This document shows positions 42,048-49,968 of a stretch of 64,000 bases of DNA, in pieces. Under the pieces are notes generated by a model. The model made no database searches, was not told the origin of the DNA, and saw only the letters and a program-made list of their open reading frames with translations. The DNA comes from Elusimicrobiota bacterium (GTDB taxonomy: Bacteria; Elusimicrobiota; Elusimicrobia; UBA1565; UBA9628). The position numbers and the translations under genes were made by a program. How positions within the stretch are numbered: position 1 is the first letter of the stretch; the number at the start of each line of letters is the position of its first letter. The stretch lies in the NCBI GenBank assembly GCA_030696455.1, contig JAUYSH010000023.1, positions 3,492 through 67,491 of the forward strand, read 5' to 3'.

Positions 42048-43483
42048 GGAAGACCCATCAGCTTACGCAGAAACCCCGCTTTCCGTTCATCGTATGGGAA
42101 CCACCACAGATCCGGCGTCGAATCCGGCCATTCGTGCACCACGACCGATTGCGCCTGCGTGAAGGCCAAGAGCCCTTCTTCCCCATGGCGTCGGCCCATA
42201 CCGCTCTGCTTCATGCCCCCGAACGGCAAGGCGCCGAAGGCGTAATGAGACGAAGGCTCGTTCACCCCGACGAGACCGACTTCGAGAGCGGCCGCGAGCC
42301 TCTCGCCTTTTTCGAGATCCGTCGTCCAGACGCTCGCGGCCAGGCCCTCTTGCCCCGCGTTCGCGAGCGCCACGGCTTCTTCGGCCCGGGAGATCTTCAT
42401 GATCGGAAGCACGGGCCCGAAGCATTCCTCGGTCATCACGCGCATGTCCATGCGCGCGTCGAGCACGAGAGCGGGCGACATCAGCAGGTTGTCCCGGTCC
42501 AGCACCTCGCCGCCGATCACGCGCGCGCCCTTCTTGCGCGCGTCCTCGAGCTGGTCCTGGAGGCGGTCGAGCAAAGGCGGGAACACGAGGCGACCCAGGT
42601 CGCAGTCGCGGCCGTCGAGCTTCTGGCGCAGGGCGGCCACGCGCGGACGGACTTTCTCGACGAAGCGGTCGTAGGCCTCGGCCTCGACGAAGACGCGCTC
42701 GACGCCGACGCAGACCTGCCCGGCGTTGCCGCAGGCGGCCCAGACGGCCGCGGCGGCGGCGCGGTCGAGGGCGGCGTCGGCGAGGACGATCATCGCGTGC
42801 TTGCCGCCGAGCTCGAGTATGACCGGCTTGAGCTGGCCCGCGGCGCGCACGGCCACCGCGCGGCCGGTCTTCGTCGAGCCGGTGAACACGGTCATGTCGG
42901 ATGCATCAATAACGGCCTCGCCGGCGGCGCCGCTCCCCGGCACGACCGACAGCAGACCCGCGGGCAGCAGAGAGGTCGCGGCGACGGCCCGCTCGAGCCA
43001 CACGGCCGTCTTGGTCGTCCACTCCGAGGGCTTGAGCAGGACGGCGTTGCCCGCCAGCATCGCGGCGAAGGCGTCGCCGAACGGGATGAGGAACGGCATG
43101 TTCCACGGGGTGATGAGGCCGATGACGCCGCGCGGCACCCTTCGCTCGTAGGCGCGCTTATTGAAGAGAGACCAGGGCTTGCTCGCCGCCTTGTCGCCCA
43201 GGACCCGCGGGGCCGCCGCCGTCATCCAATCGACGAGCAGGCCCGCGGCGCCGAGCTCCATCAGGTCGACCTCGAGCAGGGGCTTGCCGGTCTCCTCATG
43301 CACGACGGCTCGAATCTCCTCGCGGCGCGCGGCGAGGGCCTTCCACAGCGCGCGCAGGGTCACGACGCGCTGCGCGACGGTGGTGCGGCGCCAGGTTTCC
43401 GCCGCCTTGCGGGCGGCGGCGGCCTTCTCGGCGAACTCGGCGGGGGTCGCCTCGAGAGCGGACGGCGTTCGGGTGGTCATCAT
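42044..43483 (-). CDS. NAD(P)-dependent aldehyde dehydrogenase
   Basis: Start trimmed to ATG 43483 (MMTTRTP). Motifs ELGGKHAMIV and catalytic Cys in AGQVCVGVERVFV. Confidence 0.85.
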   Translation of the reverse strand: MMTTRTPSALEATPAEFAEKAAAARKAAETWRRTTVAQRVVTLRALWKALAARREEIRAVVHEETGKPLLEVDLMELGAAGLLVDWMTAAAPRVLGDKAASKPWSLFNKRAYERRVPRGVIGLITPWNMPFLIPFGDAFAAMLAGNAVLLKPSEWTTKTAVWLERAVAATSLLPAGLLSVVPGSGAAGEAVIDASDMTVFTGSTKTGRAVAVRAAGQLKPVILELGGKHAMIVLADAALDRAAAAAVWAACGNAGQVCVGVERVFVEAEAYDRFVEKVRPRVAALRQKLDGRDCDLGRLVFPPLLDRLQDQLEDARKKGARVIGGEVLDRDNLLMSPALVLDARMDMRVMTEECFGPVLPIMKISRAEEAVALANAGQEGLAASVWTTDLEKGERLAAALEVGLVGVNEPSSHYAFGALPFGGMKQSGMGRRHGEEGLLAFTQAQSVVVHEWPDSTPDLWWFPYDERKAGFLRKLMGLP

Positions 43484-44154
43484 TTTCCTTTGAGCAAGCC
43501 GCCGACGGCCCCCAGGACGCCGGCGCCCGCCTTGCCGGCGGCCGAGGCGAGCGCGGCGAACGCGGCGGACACGGCCTCGGCCGGCGAGCGGCCCTTGCCG
43601 CCGAGGCCGGTGAGGCGCACATCCGGCATGGGGAGGCTCGCGCCGCCGCCGCCCAGGGCCGTCGCCGACAGGCCGACCCGTCCGCCGGTGACAAGCAGCT
43701 CGTTGATGAGCAGGGACTTCGCCGGGGCGGCGCGGCCCGGCGCGGCGGCGCCCCGGGACGAAGACTCCGCCGCGTTTTGCTGAAGGCGAGAGAGGTTGCT
43801 GCCCCCGAAGCCCACCTCGTAGAGAACCTCGGGGTCGCGCACAGTCACGCGATCGACGACGATCAGGTCGCCGGCGAGCGAGGAGAGCTTGAGGTCGACC
43901 TCGACCGACCTGGCCGTCAGCGCGTGCGCCCCCTTGAAGCCGGGAGGATTGCCGACGACGAGGTTCCGAAGCGTCCCCCTCCCGGACCACGGAGACAGGA
44001 CCACCGCGCCCACGGAGACCGGCGCGCCGACGAAGGCGGGGCCGTAGCGTTCCACGGCGAGCTTGACCCCCCGGCCGAGCCACAGGGACACCGCGCCCGA
44101 GGCGATTACGCCGAGCACGAGCGCGAGCATGAGCGCCGCCTTCAGGGCCTTCAT
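43480..44154 (-). CDS. Short AsmA-like membrane-anchored protein
   Basis: Start at ATG 44154 (MKALKAALMLALVLGVIA). An N-terminal anchor is followed by an AsmA-N-like region (VGNPPGFKGAHALTARSVEVDLKLSSL). ATGA overlaps at both ends. Confidence 0.55.
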   Translation of the reverse strand: MKALKAALMLALVLGVIASGAVSLWLGRGVKLAVERYGPAFVGAPVSVGAVVLSPWSGRGTLRNLVVGNPPGFKGAHALTARSVEVDLKLSSLAGDLIVVDRVTVRDPEVLYEVGFGGSNLSRLQQNAAESSSRGAAAPGRAAPAKSLLINELLVTGGRVGLSATALGGGGASLPMPDVRLTGLGGKGRSPAEAVSAAFAALASAAGKAGAGVLGAVGGLLKGK

Positions 44155-44741
44155 CGCGCCGCCGCCTCGAAAGGGACGTCGAGCACGGGCCACTCCGCCG
44201 CGTCGGGGTCGCGGTAATGCCACCATTCGCCGGCGTAGGAGACGAAGCCGGCCGCCTCGAGCGCCGCCCTCAGGATCTCGGCGTTGCGCCGGGCCTCCGG
44301 CGGGACCCCCGGCGCGCCGTGTCGCGCGAGCGGTCCGAAGTCGTCGAAATCCGAGGGCATCGCGAGCTTAGCGCCCGCCGCGTCGGCGAGTGCGACGTCG
44401 ACCGCGCCGGCGCGGTTGTGGGAGGAGCCCTTGGCGGGGTCGGCCACGAAGCGCGGGTCAGGCTTGGCCGCCCACAGCGCCTTCTGCGCCGACAGAGGGC
44501 GGTAGGCGTCGTAGATGACCAGGCGGCGGCCCTTCGCGCGCAGGTCCGCCGCGGCCCGGCTCAGCTTGTCGGCCGCGGAACGCCGCAAAAAAGCGGCGGC
44601 GAAGGGGTACAGGGGCCGACCCGTCAGGTTGTCCTTGGTCGCGTAGCGGATGTCGAGCACCGCGTCGGGAATAAAGGCCTGAAGGTCGATCAGCGGCTCG
44701 GCGAGAGGGAGAGCGGTCATCACGAGGAGTGCCGTGAGCAC
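44151..44741 (-). CDS. ddpX: D-alanyl-D-alanine dipeptidase (VanX/DdpX, peptidase M15D)
   Basis: 196 aa. DIRYATKDNLTGRPLY, YDAYRP, SSHNRGAAVDV-like SSHNRAGAVDV, and EWWHY. Confidence 0.8.
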   Translation of the reverse strand: MLTALLVMTALPLAEPLIDLQAFIPDAVLDIRYATKDNLTGRPLYPFAAAFLRRSAADKLSRAAADLRAKGRRLVIYDAYRPLSAQKALWAAKPDPRFVADPAKGSSHNRAGAVDVALADAAGAKLAMPSDFDDFGPLARHGAPGVPPEARRNAEILRAALEAAGFVSYAGEWWHYRDPDAAEWPVLDVPFEAAAR

Positions 44742-44786
44742 GCCCCATCCTAGCAGACCCCCCGCCGGGGCCGCAACCCGGGCCGA

Positions 44787-45230
44787 CTAGCGCTTGGCGA
44801 CCGGGACTCCCCGGAGGTATTCCATGAACACCTCGCCCGCGCCCATGTAGTGGGCCTCGATCTCGAGGCGGATGTCGTCGATGCGGGACGGATCAACGAA
44901 GCGGCGCAGATCGGCCAAGCCCTTGAGCGCCGCGCGCATGCTGTCGGTCGGATCGAGGTCGCGCTTGGACGCCGTGTCCATCACGGCCTCCAGGATCAGG
45001 ATCGCGCCCCGCGTCATGCTGTGGTCGGCGAGAAGCAGCGCCGTCATCGCACCCTTCACCGCGTCCTCGATCACCCGCGTCGGCGGCGTATCCCCGGGAG
45101 CCGAGCCCTGCAAAGCGGCCATCAAGGTCTTGCGGACCACGGCGGCGGCGGCGGCGCATGGATCCCCTAATAAACGCAGCTCTTCCGCGACCATCTCCTT
45201 CGTCAACTGCACCAGTCGAAGCTCATCCAT
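44787..45230 (-). CDS. Hypothetical protein
   Basis: I prefer the start at ATG 45230 (MDELRLV), which has an AGGTGG Shine-Dalgarno 7 nt upstream. No family recognised. Confidence 0.5.
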   Translation of the reverse strand: MDELRLVQLTKEMVAEELRLLGDPCAAAAAVVRKTLMAALQGSAPGDTPPTRVIEDAVKGAMTALLLADHSMTRGAILILEAVMDTASKRDLDPTDSMRAALKGLADLRRFVDPSRIDDIRLEIEAHYMGAGEVFMEYLRGVPVAKR

Positions 45231-45361
45231 GATGTTCCACCTCTCACCATGGATATAGCCCTCGCGCCGATTCAGCGCGACCCAACAAACGGTAAACATC
45301 CGCTCCGAACAATAAGCCCCTCTTCCCTTGAGGGAAGAGGGGGCTAGGGGGTGATGGGGGA

Positions 45362-45434
45362 TAAAAAAAGAAAACCACTCGCCCCCGTCGTTGCCGTCGC
45401 GACGGCCGCCTGCAAAATCGCAGGGGGCGAGTGG
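45362..45434 (-). terminator. Long hairpin plus T-run (minus strand) directly after the displaced tRNA 3' fragment
   Basis: 12-bp stem ccactcgccccc/gggggcgagtgg (45375-45386 with 45423-45434), followed on the minus strand by ttttcttttttta. Confidence 0.5.
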
Positions 45435-45453
45435 TGGACCTTAGCGGGATCGA
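45432..45453 (-). repeat. 22-nt direct copy of the tRNA-Ala 3' end (T-loop to CCA); att-like scar
   Basis: tggtggaccttagcgggatcga occurs at 45432-45453 and again at 45556-45577, inside the intact tRNA. Confidence 0.85.
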
Positions 45454-45454
45454 G

Positions 45455-45500
45455 GGTCTGCGCGGTCCTTCGGACCACGGCGTGCGCAGACCTTTTCTTT
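45455..45500 (+). terminator. Plus-strand hairpin with a T-run between the two tRNA 3'-end copies
   Basis: ggtctgcgc (45455-45463) pairs with gcgcagacc (45484-45492). There is an inner ggtcc-ttcg-gacc hairpin, then ttttcttt. Confidence 0.4.
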
Positions 45501-45521
45501 CATAGGCGGTTCGATCCCCCC

Positions 45522-45550
45522 AAAAAAAGAACGCCCCCTTTCGGGGGCGT
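45522..45550 (-). terminator. Rho-independent terminator of tRNA-Ala
   Basis: Minus strand reads acgccccc-gaaa-gggggcgt followed by tcttttttt, 5 nt after the tRNA CCA end. Confidence 0.75.
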
Positions 45551-45555
45551 CAAAC

Positions 45556-45631
45556 TGGTGGACCTTAGCGGGATCGAACCGCTGACCTCCTGCATGCCAT
45601 GCAGGCGCTCTCCCAGCTGAGCTAAAGGCCC
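45556..45631 (-). tRNA. tRNA-Ala (anticodon GGC), CCA encoded
   Basis: 76-nt cloverleaf folded by hand: acceptor GGGCCTT/AAGGTCC with the G3:U70 alanine identity pair, anticodon loop ATGGCAT, T-arm AGCGG-TTCGATC-CCGCT. Confidence 0.95.
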
Positions 45632-45668
45632 GTGCGTTGATTCTACCAGATTGGCGCGGCTCTCTCAA

Positions 45669-46355
45669 CTACTCCCGCGCGGGGCTGAGGCCCGAGCGCC
45701 TCGGCCGCCCGTCCGGGCCGTAGCCGTCGTAGCCCGTCGGGACGGGCACCGGGCCCGAGAGCACGACGGAGTCGCCCGCGTCGAAGCCGCCGCCGTCGAA
45801 CATCCTGTCGAGCTGGCCGAAGCGATCGTAGGTCAGCGCGGAGCCGGAGGGCTTGGCCTCGCCGCGCGCGCGAAGGGCGGCCAGCAAGGTCCGGTCGCCC
45901 TGCCCGTTCGCCTCGCGCAGCAGCTTGGCGGTGTGCTTGCCCAGGCCCGCCTTGCGCGCCTCCAGGCCATCGAGCACCTCGCGGAACTGCTTCGGCCGCG
46001 CGAGCGCGTGGGCCAAAAGGAGCGCCGCCGCGCGCTGAGGCTCCATCGTTTCGGTGCCGAGGGAGGCCTTGAGCGCGCTCGCGGAGCGCACGCCGGCGCC
46101 GATGACGGCCACTTCGAGGTAGTCCTTCACCGCCACGGGCGCGGTCATCGCCGTCACCGAGCGAAGGTGCAGGTCAAAGGAATCCAGCAGGCGCGAGCCG
46201 AAGAGCGGATCGGCGGCGAGCGAGCGCGAGACCATGCCGAGATACGCGCCGGAATAGCCGGTCGCCGGGGCGGCATGAGGGTCGACGCGGCCGGAGGGAC
46301 CGGCCGCCGCGCGAGCGGCGCAAAGAAGGGCAAGCGCGAGGACCGCGGGCTTCAC
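45669..46355 (-). CDS. Secreted hypothetical protein
   Basis: 228 aa with signal peptide MKPAVLALALLCAARAAAG. No family recognised. Confidence 0.5.
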   Translation of the reverse strand: MKPAVLALALLCAARAAAGPSGRVDPHAAPATGYSGAYLGMVSRSLAADPLFGSRLLDSFDLHLRSVTAMTAPVAVKDYLEVAVIGAGVRSASALKASLGTETMEPQRAAALLLAHALARPKQFREVLDGLEARKAGLGKHTAKLLREANGQGDRTLLAALRARGEAKPSGSALTYDRFGQLDRMFDGGGFDAGDSVVLSGPVPVPTGYDGYGPDGRPRRSGLSPARE

Positions 46356-46421
46356 GTCCGAAGGATAGCCCCGGAACGGCCTTGAATCAAGGGGTGGCGC
46401 TCGGTCCTGGCCCGAGTCCGG

Positions 46422-46835
46422 CTATCCGAGCAAAGCGGGCAGACGGTTGGCGAACTCGACCTCGGCCGGGAACATCTCCTTGAGCGGCAGGTCGGCGAGG
46501 CCGCACCAGAAAACCTCGAGCACGTCGTCGCCGTTGCCCCCCGCGCGCAGCTCGCCGGAGACCCGCTCGACGAGCCAGTAAACCGAGACGATCTGGAACG
46601 GCCGCGAGGTGGAGAGGTGCGCCTCCTGGTTGGCGTACAAGGTGCGCACGGGGCGGATCACGAGGCCGGTCTCCTCGACGAACTCCCGGCGCAGGGCGTC
46701 GCCCGGCCCCTCCCCGATCTCCACGCCGCCGCCCGGGAAGTTGATGAAGGCGCTCCCCGCGAAGCGCGAGCGCGTGAGGAGGACCTTCTCCCCCTCGCGC
46801 AGCACCCCGTAGATCCGGCAGGAAAACTGCCTCAC
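46422..46835 (-). CDS. NUDIX hydrolase
   Basis: 137 aa. Nudix box GGGVEIGEGPGDALRREFVEETGL. GTG start overlaps the upstream stop (GTGA). Confidence 0.85.
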   Translation of the reverse strand: MRQFSCRIYGVLREGEKVLLTRSRFAGSAFINFPGGGVEIGEGPGDALRREFVEETGLVIRPVRTLYANQEAHLSTSRPFQIVSVYWLVERVSGELRAGGNGDDVLEVFWCGLADLPLKEMFPAEVEFANRLPALLG

Positions 46836-47425
46836 TTGGCCTTGTCGAGGAAGCCCACGACCGCGCTCTTCGCGTCGCCCAGCAGCGGATCGCCGTCGCC
46901 GACCAGCAGGTGGTCGAAGTCGAAGGTGCGAAGCAGCTCAAGGGAGCGAGCGAGGACCGCGGGGTCGTCCTGCTTTTCCGCCGGTACCGTCTTGAGCTTC
47001 CCGCCGGGCGCGATCAGGGCGTCGCCGAGGAGCAGCAATCGCCGCTCGGGCCAATATAGAGCGATCTCCCCGGGCGATTTTCCGGGAAGATGCACGCAGA
47101 CAAGGCCGTGCAGGATATCCCCATCCTTGACCGTCTTGTCCGGGGTGATGCCCGCCTCCTCGACCTCCGCCTCATGGAGAATGGTCGGGATGCCCCACCG
47201 CTTCAGCACCGCATCCCGCTCGCGGATGTGATTTCTATTCGTAATCACGAGCGCGTCGGGCGTGATGCCCGCCGCCTCGAGATAGGCGAGGTCGTCGGCC
47301 GAGAACGCGACGGGGTCGACGATGACGGTGCCCTCGGAGGTCCGCAGGATGTGCCCGTTGAAGTTGAACTTCTTCTCCGCGTTGAAGGAGGACCAGCAAT
47401 AGGCGCCGTCGGCGAGCTGGATCAT
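46832..47425 (-). CDS. Metallo-beta-lactamase-fold protein with a degenerate metal motif
   Basis: Start trimmed to ATG 47425 (MIQLADG). MBL-like topology, but TNRNHIRERD replaces HxHxDH. ATGA overlap with the desaturase stop. Confidence 0.55.
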   Translation of the reverse strand: MIQLADGAYCWSSFNAEKKFNFNGHILRTSEGTVIVDPVAFSADDLAYLEAAGITPDALVITNRNHIRERDAVLKRWGIPTILHEAEVEEAGITPDKTVKDGDILHGLVCVHLPGKSPGEIALYWPERRLLLLGDALIAPGGKLKTVPAEKQDDPAVLARSLELLRTFDFDHLLVGDGDPLLGDAKSAVVGFLDKAK

Positions 47426-48276
47426 GATGGGGGGGGCCCCGGTTTGAGCTGTCTCAGCGCCTCCGCGAAGCCCCACTGAGGCACGCCTTCGCGCTTCAGC
47501 GCGGCGTCGAGGACGCCGTGGGCTTCGCGATAGCGGTACCAGGGGAGCTGCGGGAAGAGATGGTGCACGGCGTGGAGATTCTGGCACAGAAAGAAGGGGT
47601 CGAGCCAGGCCGGAAGTATGTTCGCGGTGTCCTTGAAGCGGCCGCGACCGGTGTGCGGACGGTGCGGCCAATAGTCGAAGGTCAGCGCCAGGGCCGCCAC
47701 GGCGAGCTGCGCCGGAAGGGTCCAGTAAAAAAGAAGGTCGCGAAGATGCCCCGCCCTCCAGGCCCACGCGTGCAGCGCCAGGATCGCGGCGATCGTGAGC
47801 ACGGACTGGACGAAGGCGGCGTCCCGGCGGCGCAGGCGCGTCAGGTAGGTCCAGTAGTGGCGCTCGAGCATGGTGAGGCAGCGCAGGCCGGTGGAAAGCC
47901 ACGTCTCTCCCGCGGCCCAGAAATCCGGGTCCTCGCGGGGGTCGTTGGTGTGGGCGTGGTGATGCAGGTGGTTGCGGCGGATCGCGGCGTAGGGCCCGCA
48001 CAGGACGAAGGTCGCGGCAAGGCCGAAGAGCTCGTTGAGCCAGGGAACGCGCGAGACGCTGCGGTGCAGGGCGTCGTGGAGCACGGTGAACTGCGCGTAC
48101 GCGCAGGCCGTATTGACGAGGATGGACGGCCCCGCCGGCCAAAGCCCGCTCACGGCGGCGGCGCTCGAGGCGGCCTGCACGGCCAGCGCCGTGAGTCCAA
48201 GGGCGGCGGTGGGCCAGGCCGTTTCCCCCGCCCCCAGCTCCAAAAACCGCACGCTCCGGACATCCACGGCGCTCAC
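47422..48276 (-). CDS. Membrane fatty-acid-desaturase-family di-iron enzyme (CrtW/ketolase-like histidine boxes)
   Basis: 284 aa with three His boxes: HDALH, HLHHHAHTNDPREDPDF and HAVHHLFPQLPWYRY. By eye it is colinear with beta-carotene ketolase CrtW as I recall it. Confidence 0.75.
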   Translation of the reverse strand: MSAVDVRSVRFLELGAGETAWPTAALGLTALAVQAASSAAAVSGLWPAGPSILVNTACAYAQFTVLHDALHRSVSRVPWLNELFGLAATFVLCGPYAAIRRNHLHHHAHTNDPREDPDFWAAGETWLSTGLRCLTMLERHYWTYLTRLRRRDAAFVQSVLTIAAILALHAWAWRAGHLRDLLFYWTLPAQLAVAALALTFDYWPHRPHTGRGRFKDTANILPAWLDPFFLCQNLHAVHHLFPQLPWYRYREAHGVLDAALKREGVPQWGFAEALRQLKPGPPPS

Positions 48277-48308
48277 GCAACGATGATAACTTTTTCGTAC
48301 ACTGGATC

Positions 48309-49439
48309 ATGCTCCGACGGATCGTGCTCGCCGCCGTCACGGCCCTGGGCTGCGCCTGCGCGCCCGAGGCCGGACCCTCCCGGCTGATCGTCGCCGCGCC
48401 GATGACCGGGGACATGTCCGGCGAGGGCCAGGGGCTCGAGCGCTCGGTGCGCATGGCCGTCGCGGACGAGGCCGCCGAGACCGGCCTGGCGCCCGTCGAG
48501 ATCGTCGTCCTCGACGACCGGGCGGATCCCTTCGAAGCCGCCGCCGCGGCCCGGCGCGCCGTCGACGATCCGTCCGTCTTCGCCGTGATCGGCCATCTGA
48601 CCTCCGGCTGCGCCATCGAGGCCTCCCGCGTGTACGCCCAGGCGCCGCTCGCGATGATCACCCCCTCCGCGACCGCGACCCAGCTGACCGCCCAGCAGGA
48701 CGCTCCCGGCTGGGGCGGAGAGCGCGTCGTGTTCCGCCTGCCGCCGTCGGACGACGTGCAGGGCGAGTACGCGGCCGGCTACGCGGTCCAGCGCCTGTCC
48801 CTGAAGCGCTTCGTCCTCGTCCACGACCGCACCCCCTACGGCCTCGGCCTCGCCGAAGCCTTCCGCGGCGCCCTCGAGCGCAAGGGAGGCAAGGCCCTGA
48901 GCTTCGAACCCGTGTCGCGCGGGGACAAGGACTTCTCCGCCGCCGTCGCCGTGATCGCGGCGGAGCGCCCCGAGGCGATCTTCTTCGGCGGCCTGTACAT
49001 GGAGGCCGCGCTCCTCCTCAAACAGCTTCGAGCCTCCGGCTGGCGCGGCACGTTCCTGTCGGGGGACGGCGCCAAGAACCCGGAGCTGTTCGCCGTGGCG
49101 GGACCGGCCGTCGACGGCGCCTATTTTTCCGTCGGCGGAGTCCCCGTCGAGTCCCTGCCGAGCGCGGCCGACTTCGTCGAGCGCTACCAGAAGCTTTACG
49201 CGGGCGCCGCGCCCCGAACCTTCGACCACTACGGCTATGTGGCCGCCCGCGTCGCGCTCGAGGCCCTGCGCAAGGCCGGCGGCCCCGACCGCCGCAAGGT
49301 TCTCGAGGCCGTGCGCGGCACCAGCCGCCGCTCGATGGTCGGCACCATCGTCTTCGACTCGAAAGGCGACACTTTGAGCGGCCTCGTCACCATGACGCGC
49401 GCCGACTTCGCCCGCCAGAAGTTCGAAGTCACCTACTAA
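48309..49439 (+). CDS. ABC-transporter substrate-binding lipoprotein (LivJ/branched-chain amino-acid type, Peripla_BP_6)
   Basis: 376 aa. Lipobox ALGCAC. Family blocks VIGHLTSG, FFGGLYMEAA and GDGAKNPEL. Confidence 0.75.
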   Translation: MLRRIVLAAVTALGCACAPEAGPSRLIVAAPMTGDMSGEGQGLERSVRMAVADEAAETGLAPVEIVVLDDRADPFEAAAAARRAVDDPSVFAVIGHLTSGCAIEASRVYAQAPLAMITPSATATQLTAQQDAPGWGGERVVFRLPPSDDVQGEYAAGYAVQRLSLKRFVLVHDRTPYGLGLAEAFRGALERKGGKALSFEPVSRGDKDFSAAVAVIAAERPEAIFFGGLYMEAALLLKQLRASGWRGTFLSGDGAKNPELFAVAGPAVDGAYFSVGGVPVESLPSAADFVERYQKLYAGAAPRTFDHYGYVAARVALEALRKAGGPDRRKVLEAVRGTSRRSMVGTIVFDSKGDTLSGLVTMTRADFARQKFEVTY

Positions 49440-49484
49440 GAAAAACCGCCGGTCTCCTTTCGGAGACCGGCGGCCTTTCCTTTG
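49439..49484. terminator. Bidirectional rho-independent terminator
   Basis: Stem ccgccggtctcc-tttc-ggagaccggcgg (49446-49473) is flanked by an A-run on one side and cctttcctttg on the other. It serves the plus-strand SBP gene and the minus-strand tRNA-Leu/secG unit. Confidence 0.8.
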
Positions 49485-49489
49485 ATCTA

Positions 49490-49573
49490 TGCACGAGGGG
49501 GGACTCGAACCCCCAAACCCTTTCGGGCGTACGCACCTCAAGCGTATGTGTCTGCCAGTTCCACCACCCGTGC
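49490..49573 (-). tRNA. tRNA-Leu (anticodon GAG), long variable arm, no encoded CCA
   Basis: 84 nt: GCACGGG...anticodon stem TACGC/GCGTA with loop TTGAGGT, variable arm CGCCCGAAAGGG, T-arm GGGGG-TTCGAGT-CCCCC, discriminator A. Confidence 0.9.
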
Positions 49574-49579
49574 GGGTGT

Positions 49580-49948
49580 TTACGGCTGTTTCTTATTCGA
49601 GGTTTTCGGATCGATCGACTTGTACGCGTCGGCTGCGGCAGGGGACGTCGGCGCGGCCGCCGGCGCTTCCACCGCGGCGGGAGCAGGCAGCGGCGGGACC
49701 GATGAGGTCACGCTGGACATGCCGGTCCGGTCGGACAGGAGCGTCAGGAAAAGAGAGGTCAGGGCGAAGGTCGCGGCCAGACCGGCCGTGATCTTCTTCA
49801 TGAAGCTGGAGCCGCTCGGGGTGTTGATCAGCGAGTCCCCCCCGCCCCCGAACATCGACAGCCCGGCGCCGCGGCCGGTCTGCAGGAGCACGAAGAAGAT
49901 CATACCCGTGCAGGCGAAGATGTGAATGCCCATCAGAATAGTGTACAT
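49580..49948 (-). CDS. secG: Preprotein translocase subunit SecG
   Basis: 122 aa. MIFFVLLQTGRGAGLSMFGGGG is the typical SecG motif, with a second TM helix downstream. Confidence 0.85.
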   Translation of the reverse strand: MYTILMGIHIFACTGMIFFVLLQTGRGAGLSMFGGGGDSLINTPSGSSFMKKITAGLAATFALTSLFLTLLSDRTGMSSVTSSVPPLPAPAAVEAPAAAPTSPAAADAYKSIDPKTSNKKQP

Positions 49949-49968
49949 GAGAGCCGATTATACCTAAT

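Noticed and set aside
45432-45525. Second tRNA gene or tmRNA (ssrA) 3' end
   Set aside because: Only the T-loop-to-CCA portion is present. No complementary 5' acceptor strand, D-arm or anticodon arm can be folded, and there is no room for a ~350-nt tmRNA because the intact tRNA-Ala lies 102 nt away. I interpret it as an att-like duplicate.
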